Of a stretch of DNA of 64,000 nt, positions 57,458 through 64,000 are shown one piece after another. The position numbers and the translations under genes are program-made. Each line of letters opens with the position of its first letter. Positions within the stretch are counted from its first letter, which is position 1. The stretch is taken from contig CAVTBV010000009.1 in the NCBI GenBank assembly GCA_963733095.1, forward strand, positions 203,372 to 267,371, written 5' to 3'. The notes beneath the pieces are model-generated. The model saw only the letters and a list, made by a program, of their open reading frames with translations, made no database searches and was not told the DNA's origin. The stretch comes from Candidatus Bathyarchaeota archaeon. Its GTDB lineage: Archaea > Thermoproteota > Bathyarchaeia > Bathyarchaeales > Bathycorpusculaceae.

Positions 57458-60169
57458 ATGTGGTCGGCAGAAAGAAAATGGAGAAAAAAACAAATGAAAA
57501 TTTCTGGAAAAAAAAATGCGACAATAGTGATCGTAATATTATTGGCTTTTTCAATCACAGCGTCAATGACATTGATATCAAGTGTTAACGCACATTACCC
57601 CCCGATGAATATTCCAACGTTCTCTTTCATTAGCGTTTCACCAGATCCAATAGGCATAGGACAAACAGCTCGCGTTAACTTCTGGCTCGGTCAACCTCCA
57701 CCAACAGCAAATGGACAATACGGTGATAGATGGACAAATATGACTGTGAAAGTTACGCATCCTGGTGGAACAACTGAGACTTTAGGACCTTTTACTTCCG
57801 ATGATACAGGAGGAGCCCACACAAGTTATACGCCTATTGTACTGGGAAATTATACTTTCCAGTTCATCTTTGGTGGACAAACATTGGCAGGCAACAATCT
57901 TGCTCCTGGAGCTCCCTCGTCTGGACCTGGCTCTAACATAAATATCGGCGATTATTTCCAACCCAGCTCAAGCAACGTATTTACACTAACAGTACAACAG
58001 GAAGCAATCCAATATCCAACGGAAGCTCCACTTCCAACAGGCTACTGGACACGCCCAATTTATGCTGAAAACAACAACTGGTACTCAATTGCCGGGAACT
58101 GGCTTGGTTTTGGTCAGACATCATTTGCTAACACTGGAATGTACAGTGTTGACGTAAACTATAATCCGTATACAACCGCGCCCAACACTGCTCATATTTT
58201 ATGGACGAAACCTGAAGCTTTCGGTGGTACAATCGGTGGAGAATTCGGCGGCAGCGAGCAAGGCAACTTCTTTTCAACTTCGCAGTACGAGCCAAAGTTT
58301 GCGCCAATAATCATGAATGGTATTCTCTACTATACCCAGTACCCAGGAAGTGCTGCTAATCCAGCAGGATGGGTAGCCGCAGACTTACACACAGGACAAA
58401 CATTATGGACAAAGAACACAACTGAACTTTTAAGATGCGGTCAAATACTCCAAATGACTACACCCAATCAATACGGAGCCCTCGCATACCTCTGGAGCCA
58501 GCCGTTGGGTCCTAGGGTTGTAAACGAAAACTTCGGCGCAAGCGTCGGCGGATCTTTAGAGATGTGGGATGCAATGACTGGAAACTACATATTAAAGATA
58601 ACTGGCGTTCCTATTGCAGTAAATGGCCCTGGTACTGGCATAGTACTTTCAAAAGATGATCGTGGCGATTTAATAGGTTATTATGTGGATTCGAGCAACC
58701 CGTTCGCACCAAAGCTGAACATGTGGAACTCGACACGATGCATTAACCTAGCCGTTCCGAACTCTTACGGTGGACCAAATGTTGCAGATAATTGGTATTG
58801 GAGACCTCCTCAAAACGCAGAAATAAACTTCACCTTAGGAATACAATGGTCGGCTCCAATCGCTACAAGTGTTTCAGGCTCGCCAATCGTAGATTTCGCT
58901 AATGGCCTCTACGGTCTCGGAATTACTTATGTCAGCAGCGGAGTAGTGTATATGTCAGAATACACTATGGGCGGAGGACTATTCTACCAACCCGGATGGA
59001 CTATTGAAGCAGGCTACAGCGCAACAGACGGCTCACAACTGTGGATAACTAACCGAACTCAAATACCCTACACTCTCATATCTGCGGGTGCCGGTACCTA
59101 TTTCGCCGGCGACGGATATTACGTACAATTCACCCAGAATGCATTGTCCATCTCATGCTTCAGCCTAACAACAGGAAACAAAGTATGGGGACCAACTACA
59201 CTTCCAAACGCTAGTCCTTTTGATTCTCTTGGAGGCAACTCAGTCATCGCCAACGGCACAATTTACCTATGGGCTTACGGAGGAGACGTTTACGCATACA
59301 ACCTTGCCGATGGAACTCTCAAATGGCATTACAGCACACCAAGCGGCGGCTTAGAGTCTCCCTATGGTGTCGAGCCATTATGGACTTTCACGGTAGGTAC
59401 CGTTGCTGACGGCAAACTCTTCGTTCCTGAAGGCCATATGTACAGTCCACCACTTTTCCACCAAGCACAGCAGCTCGCCCTCAATATTACTGACGGCAGT
59501 GTGGTTTGGAGTATTGATGCTTTCGACGTTACTAGCGGTCCAGCTATTGTAGATGGCATTATGACAACGTTAAACGCTTACGACAACCAAATATATGCCT
59601 GGGGTAAAGGACCAACCGTTACCACTGTTTCAGCGCCAAACATTGGGGTTACAACTGCCACACCAATTACGATAAGCGGAACTGTTATCGACATCTCTGC
59701 AGGTACAAAACAACAAGCGCAAGCAGCAAACTTCCCCAAGGGTGTTCCTGCGGTTTCTGACGCAAGCCAAAGTGGCTGGATGGAATATGTTTATATGCAG
59801 CAACCTTGCCCAGCAAACGTAACCGGCGTTCCAGTTTCTCTCGAAGTTCTTGATTCAAACGGCAACTATAGACAAATCGGCTCTACATCAAGTGATGGCA
59901 GCGGCGCATTCCGCTTCACGTGGACACCTGATATAATAGGCGATTACACGATCGTTGCGAACTTTGCAGGTTCTGAATCGTACTATCCTTCCTCTGCAGA
60001 AGCATTCTTTACTGCCAGCGAACCAGCGTCGACATCAGCACCAACCGTTGCACCTGTAACAGACATAGCAACAATGTCAGGCCTAACTATTGGAATCGCT
60101 GCAGCAACAATTGCCATAATCATCGCTATAGCAATAGTCGGGATTCTTCTACTCAAAAAAAAGCCATAA
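57458..60169 (+). CDS. PQQ-binding-like beta-propeller surface protein
   Basis: Paralog of 2698-5259; likely start ATG at 57493. Confidence 0.85.
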   Translation: MWSAERKWRKKQMKISGKKNATIVIVILLAFSITASMTLISSVNAHYPPMNIPTFSFISVSPDPIGIGQTARVNFWLGQPPPTANGQYGDRWTNMTVKVTHPGGTTETLGPFTSDDTGGAHTSYTPIVLGNYTFQFIFGGQTLAGNNLAPGAPSSGPGSNINIGDYFQPSSSNVFTLTVQQEAIQYPTEAPLPTGYWTRPIYAENNNWYSIAGNWLGFGQTSFANTGMYSVDVNYNPYTTAPNTAHILWTKPEAFGGTIGGEFGGSEQGNFFSTSQYEPKFAPIIMNGILYYTQYPGSAANPAGWVAADLHTGQTLWTKNTTELLRCGQILQMTTPNQYGALAYLWSQPLGPRVVNENFGASVGGSLEMWDAMTGNYILKITGVPIAVNGPGTGIVLSKDDRGDLIGYYVDSSNPFAPKLNMWNSTRCINLAVPNSYGGPNVADNWYWRPPQNAEINFTLGIQWSAPIATSVSGSPIVDFANGLYGLGITYVSSGVVYMSEYTMGGGLFYQPGWTIEAGYSATDGSQLWITNRTQIPYTLISAGAGTYFAGDGYYVQFTQNALSISCFSLTTGNKVWGPTTLPNASPFDSLGGNSVIANGTIYLWAYGGDVYAYNLADGTLKWHYSTPSGGLESPYGVEPLWTFTVGTVADGKLFVPEGHMYSPPLFHQAQQLALNITDGSVVWSIDAFDVTSGPAIVDGIMTTLNAYDNQIYAWGKGPTVTTVSAPNIGVTTATPITISGTVIDISAGTKQQAQAANFPKGVPAVSDASQSGWMEYVYMQQPCPANVTGVPVSLEVLDSNGNYRQIGSTSSDGSGAFRFTWTPDIIGDYTIVANFAGSESYYPSSAEAFFTASEPASTSAPTVAPVTDIATMSGLTIGIAAATIAIIIAIAIVGILLLKKKP

Positions 60170-60391
60170 AACCAAAAAAATATTTTCCCCTTTTTTAGTT
60201 TTTAAAAATAACAATGCTTGAGAAAAGAAGGGGCTGAGCCTGCTGTGACAACTATTCATGAAATAGCTGTAGATTAAAAGAAGATTTTTGCATTTTCCCT
60301 CTTTCTCCTATTTCGGTTCAGGAGCCTCAGCAAACCCAACTTCATTCTTGCAAAATAGTTGGCTTGTTTTCATTTACCTCCCAGTCCTAAA

Positions 60392-60454
60392 TTGGACCAG
60401 GCTTGATTTGAACCCTTGTCATATCCGTGACTTCACTCGCATATTCCTTTTTTT
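60392..60454 (-). repeat. tRNA-T-arm att-like site (GGTCCA end)
   Basis: TTGGACCAGGCTTGATTTGAACCCTTGTCATATCCGTGACTTCACTCGCATATTCCTTTTTTT. Confidence 0.75.
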
Positions 60455-60545
60455 AATCAAGTGTAATTGGTTCGAAACACATAATCTAAAAAAGCAGAAA
60501 GCAATAAACTTATAATCCAAGTCAAACCAATAAAAGCCGAAGTAA

Positions 60546-60767
60546 GTGGATGAAATGGACAGAAAATTAAAAACTATACCCGAACCGAAAAAGGGAACGC
60601 GCACCGTTTTTGTTTCTAAAACGTTGCCAGTAATAAAAAGCAAGGGCGGTAATACTACTTATCTATGTGGTAATTGTGGAGCAAAGCTAGGCGAGACTAT
60701 AATCGAAGGAAAATTCAAGAATGTTGTGTTAAAGTGTCCAACTTGTAACCTCTACAACGACATATAG
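60546..60767 (+). CDS. Small zinc-ribbon protein
   Basis: YLCGNCG...KCPTC..YN pattern. Confidence 0.7.
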   Translation: MDEMDRKLKTIPEPKKGTRTVFVSKTLPVIKSKGGNTTYLCGNCGAKLGETIIEGKFKNVVLKCPTCNLYNDI

Positions 60768-61066
60768 TTTAGGTGACGATTTTCACAAAGAGAAGAATTC
60801 TGCTCAAGTGACAGAGACTTAACTGACCCGCCGAAAAGACTTTGTAACCGCTGCGCCTTCATGGTTCCAACTTCTCTGCTGGAACAGGGAACATAGGCAA
60901 TTCTACTTTTCCATCTTTGTTCCCACTAGTTAATTCCAATTGTTTAACTGCTCACCCATTTCCTCTCTTAAATGCTGAGTTTTAATTTTATCCATCGTTA
61001 TCTAACACGATAGGGAAAAAACCAGCTATTCAGGGCCAATAAAGAGCTAGCTATTTTACTTAAATC

Positions 61067-61128
61067 GGTGCAGGGGCGGGATTCGAACCCTCTGTAAATG
61101 GAGAAATCACCCGCACAACCCCTTTTTC
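61067..61128 (-). repeat. tRNA-T-arm att-like site (Leu-type)
   Basis: GGTGCAGGGGCGGGATTCGAACCCTCTGTAAATGGAGAAATCACCCGCACAACCCCTTTTTC. Confidence 0.9.
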
Positions 61129-61164
61129 TTTAAACTAGACGAAAAATAGCAGGGAAATGAAAAC

Positions 61165-61296
61165 ATGTTGGAAGAAAAAACAGTAAAATGCCCCGTATGC
61201 GGCAGTCAGAAGTCATACAAGGACGGCATAAGGTACACTCATTCAAAGGAAATTCAGTGTTACCAATGCCGTGAATGCAGCCACAGGTTCTCATAA
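61165..61296 (+). CDS. 43 aa Zn-ribbon ORF (InsA-like / putative integrase N-terminal stub)
   Basis: MLEEKTVKCPVCGSQKSYKDGIRYTHSKEIQCYQCRECSHRFS*. Confidence 0.65.
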   Translation: MLEEKTVKCPVCGSQKSYKDGIRYTHSKEIQCYQCRECSHRFS

Positions 61297-61360
61297 CGGT
61301 GGGGAGCGATTTGGACTATGATTGGGTGAAGATGTCGCCTCTAACCCATTTTTTCATTAT

Positions 61361-61963
61361 TTAATGAAGAGGCTTTCGGCGTCTTCTATAAAGCATTAAA
61401 CCCACACTTATTCCGAAAACTACTGAGATGATAGAAACAACAGCTATGACGGAAAAAGACGAAGAAGGCTGTGGTTTTTCTATTAGCTTTTCGGTTGAAA
61501 ATGTAACTGTTGCATTACTATGGGAATTATCATGGGTATTAGCATAAACGGTCAATGTATGATTACCGAAAGGAATCTGTTGAAACGTTGCGCTAATTGA
61601 GGCGTTTAATGAGTTTACATACTGCGTCTGATGACCAAAAAGCTGGTGAATACCGTCTTGCCAATCCGCCTGGTAATAAACACTATCAATTGTCCAAAAA
61701 TACGAAGCCACATCTACTGCCAATGTAAAGTTGCTTGCTTGAATTACGGTTTGGTTTTCTGGCGTTATGATTTCAACAATTGGTGAAACATGTGCTTCAC
61801 GGATTGCAGGCGGTTGAATAACAGGTGAACTTGTATCCCATTGAGTAAACGAAACAATGGGTTCTATTTGGCTTTTGACTGTTGAAAACGAAGCCGTGCT
61901 TGAAAGGCAAAGAATACAAAGAATTGTTACGGATAGAAGCTTAGCTTTCTTCATGTTTATCAT
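61361..61963 (-). CDS. Exported Ig-like protein with C-terminal TM anchor
   Basis: Signal peptide, PIVEIITPENQT...GNHTLTVYAN, TM followed by RRRRK. Confidence 0.8.
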   Translation of the reverse strand: MINMKKAKLLSVTILCILCLSSTASFSTVKSQIEPIVSFTQWDTSSPVIQPPAIREAHVSPIVEIITPENQTVIQASNFTLAVDVASYFWTIDSVYYQADWQDGIHQLFGHQTQYVNSLNASISATFQQIPFGNHTLTVYANTHDNSHSNATVTFSTEKLIEKPQPSSSFSVIAVVSIISVVFGISVGLMLYRRRRKPLH

Positions 61964-62085
61964 AGAACTTTAAGGTAGAGTTGCTAATTACTCTCCCCAA
62001 AGAACAGCATGTTCCTCTAAAAGAACAGCAAAAGTTTCTTGTCTATCCTGGAATGATGCATTCTGCAGGATATAGAAGCTACACC

Positions 62086-62164
62086 CCCTGGCGTTTTGAG
62101 CAGTCGTTACATCGAACCCTCCACTCGATGGAGATGTCACCCGCGTTCCCCTCTTTTCTTTTTT
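62086..62164 (-). repeat. att-like site, conserved left arm with non-tRNA right arm
   Basis: CCCTGGCGTTTTGAGCAGTCGTTACATCGAACCCTCCACTCGATGGAGATGTCACCCGCGTTCCCCTCTTTT. Confidence 0.85.
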
Positions 62165-62245
62165 GTTGAAAATGACCGAGGTGAGGTAGCTTGTTTGGAG
62201 CAGATGTCGCCAACATAAACTCTTTGCCATTCTAGATGCTGATAC

Positions 62246-63730
62246 TCATAGTGAACCAGCGAGTTTCGTTCCTGTGTGCAATACTTCACTCACCAGAATC
62301 TCAAAGTCTTCACGTCGACTTCGATGATTTGTGTTAGCCACTCTAAGAACATACTTCCCATTTATGACGGTTCCAGTTAAAACGGCGATGCCGCGTTCCT
62401 GTAAATCAATAGCAATTTCCTTGTTAACTTCATCGAGTAACATATCAGTCAAATCAGATGAGACAAAACGGAAGCAAACTACGTTTAGCGAAATCGGCGC
62501 CGAAAGTTCCAGTCCCGGAGAAGCTTTGATAAGTTCGCCCAAATAGAAAGCCTGATCGATGTTCTGTTGAATTATCCTTGCATATTTCTTTGTGCCGTGC
62601 TCCTTAATAGAAATCCATGCCTTAAGCGCACGAAATCCCCGAGAAAGCTCATAACTGTAATCGCTAAACCATGGCAAATCGCCGCCGGCAACACCGTGTT
62701 CTTCTTTTCCGTGAGCAAGGTATTTAGGAGTTAAACAGAAAGCCTTTCGATGCTGCTTTTCTTCCCTCACTAAAATGCATCCAATTTCGTAAGGCATATA
62801 CATCCACTTATGCAAGTCTAATGCCAACGAGTCAGCCAACTCCATTCCCGCAACAGTTTTTTCCGCTTTGGGCGACAGGCGAGCCCAGGCGCCAAATGCG
62901 CCGTCAACATGGAACCAAAGTTTTTCTCTTCGGCATATATTAGCCAGAGCCTTAAGATCGTCCACGCTTCCAGTGTTCGTTGTGCCGGCAGCTCCAATAA
63001 TGCAGAATGGAGAAAAACCGCTTTCGCGGTCTCTTGTGATAGCTGCTTCAAGTTTTGCGATATCAATTTGGAACTGATTATTAACTGGCAAAAATCGCAG
63101 TGCCTCACTTCCCAGTCCAAGCAGCTCCACAGCTTTCTGAATTGAACTGTGGGCTTCTTCGCTAGCGTAGAGCACCATATTCTTAGGTGCCATTTGAAGT
63201 CCCTTCCTGCGGAGGTCAAAACCTGCTTTCGTGTTGCGGGCAACTGTTAGTCCGATTAGGTTAGAGGCTGAGCAACCGCTGGTTAATACTCCGCTCGCTG
63301 AGGCTGGAAACTGGAGCATTTCCTTAATCCAGTCGAGAACTTGCTTTTCAACGTGTACAGCAATGTGGTCTCCCCCTCCATTGTTTGTGTTCATTGTAGC
63401 CGCCAAAAGTTCAGAATAAGCCCCCATGATGGTTCCAGTTCCAAGTATCCAACCCCAGAAGCGCGGGTGGATGTTTCCCATCGGGTACGGAAGCACTTTT
63501 TCAGTAAATTCCTTGTAGACCTCTTCGGGTCGTTCAGGATTTACAGGCACAGGTGCTGTGAACTGAGCTTTTACTTGTTCAGGAATATTTTGCCAGACAG
63601 GACGCTCTCGAACTGATTTCAAGTAATCTACCACGTCATCAAGCATCTTGTGACCAAGCTTTCGCATTGATTCCCAATTATCAGGGTCCAGCGTTTCTTC
63701 AGACACTGCATTATTGATTTCTGTTTTCAC
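62246..63730 (-). CDS. PLP-dependent group II (aromatic-L-amino-acid-like) decarboxylase
   Basis: HPRFWG, AHSSIQKA, AGTTNTG, HVDGAFG, DLHKW and SRGFRALK motifs. Confidence 0.92.
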   Translation of the reverse strand: MKTEINNAVSEETLDPDNWESMRKLGHKMLDDVVDYLKSVRERPVWQNIPEQVKAQFTAPVPVNPERPEEVYKEFTEKVLPYPMGNIHPRFWGWILGTGTIMGAYSELLAATMNTNNGGGDHIAVHVEKQVLDWIKEMLQFPASASGVLTSGCSASNLIGLTVARNTKAGFDLRRKGLQMAPKNMVLYASEEAHSSIQKAVELLGLGSEALRFLPVNNQFQIDIAKLEAAITRDRESGFSPFCIIGAAGTTNTGSVDDLKALANICRREKLWFHVDGAFGAWARLSPKAEKTVAGMELADSLALDLHKWMYMPYEIGCILVREEKQHRKAFCLTPKYLAHGKEEHGVAGGDLPWFSDYSYELSRGFRALKAWISIKEHGTKKYARIIQQNIDQAFYLGELIKASPGLELSAPISLNVVCFRFVSSDLTDMLLDEVNKEIAIDLQERGIAVLTGTVINGKYVLRVANTNHRSRREDFEILVSEVLHTGTKLAGSL

Positions 63731-63866
63731 TCTGAATGCCTCTCATGAATCCTATCGAATACTTGATTTATTTATTGCTATAAAATTGCGAATTGATGCT
63801 GATAAACTGAAGTGACTGTTCTAAGACAGAAATTTCTGACAAACCTTATATTATTTTGATGTTGAA

Positions 63867-63930
63867 GTGGACTGGGGGGATTTGAACCCAGGACAGCAAT
63901 GAGGATTCACTCGCAAAATTCCTCTTTTTT
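63867..63930 (-). repeat. tRNA-T-arm att-like site (Ala-type)
   Basis: GTGGACTGGGGGGATTTGAACCCAGGACAGCAATGAGGATTCACTCGCAAAATTCCTCTTTTTT. Confidence 0.88.
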
Positions 63931-63957
63931 GTGTGTACTTGGCATAGGTGAACAAAC

Positions 63958-64000
63958 ATGGAACGCAAAATCATAAATTGCCCGCATTGCGGCAAAACTA
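63958..64000 (+). CDS. Start of a Zn-ribbon protein (possibly an integrase), runs off the window
   Basis: AGGTGA RBS, MERKIINCPHCGKT; same position relative to the att-like site as the ORF at 61165. Confidence 0.55.
   Translation, partial: MERKIINCPHCGKT

Noticed and set aside
26422-63930. Sites as functional or split tRNA genes
   Set aside because: They lack D and anticodon arms and show no complementary leader sequences or BHB motifs for trans-splicing; many T-stems are mismatched.

Overview
Archaeal chromosome segment, most consistent with Bathyarchaeia (form III RuBisCO/AMP pathway, Ftr, topoisomerase IB, aIF2-alpha, aRF1, two large PQQ-like beta-propeller surface proteins); the taxonomy is inferred from gene content. 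Core blocks lie at about 1-12.4 kb and 32.2-49.7 kb. Accessory islands extend in both directions from a divergent tRNA-Thr(GGT)/tRNA-Leu(TAG) pair (about 12.5-20.9 kb and 21.2-32.1 kb), and another covers about 50-64 kb. The main signal is about 15 co-oriented 40-80 bp sites with consensus AAAAGRGGG-N1-5-TGCGRGTGAHATCTCCA-N5-8-GAGGG-TTCRAAT-CCC plus a tRNA-type 3' acceptor strand (Leu-, Ala- or other-type). They divide two islands into 0.5-4 kb modules of 0-4 genes and sit next to putative integrase N- and C-terminal stubs, suggesting a tRNA-T-arm-based, integron/tycheposon-like cassette system. Also present: a decayed SSV-type split-integrase element at tRNA-Thr, a ~132 bp AGGCCT-bounded repeat family, a non-coding GTGTG/CACAC module shared by both arrays, a membrane-anchored Mrr-like/TIR-like protein, an in-frame TAG near the start of nfnA/sudB, and a 22-aa basic peptide gene.
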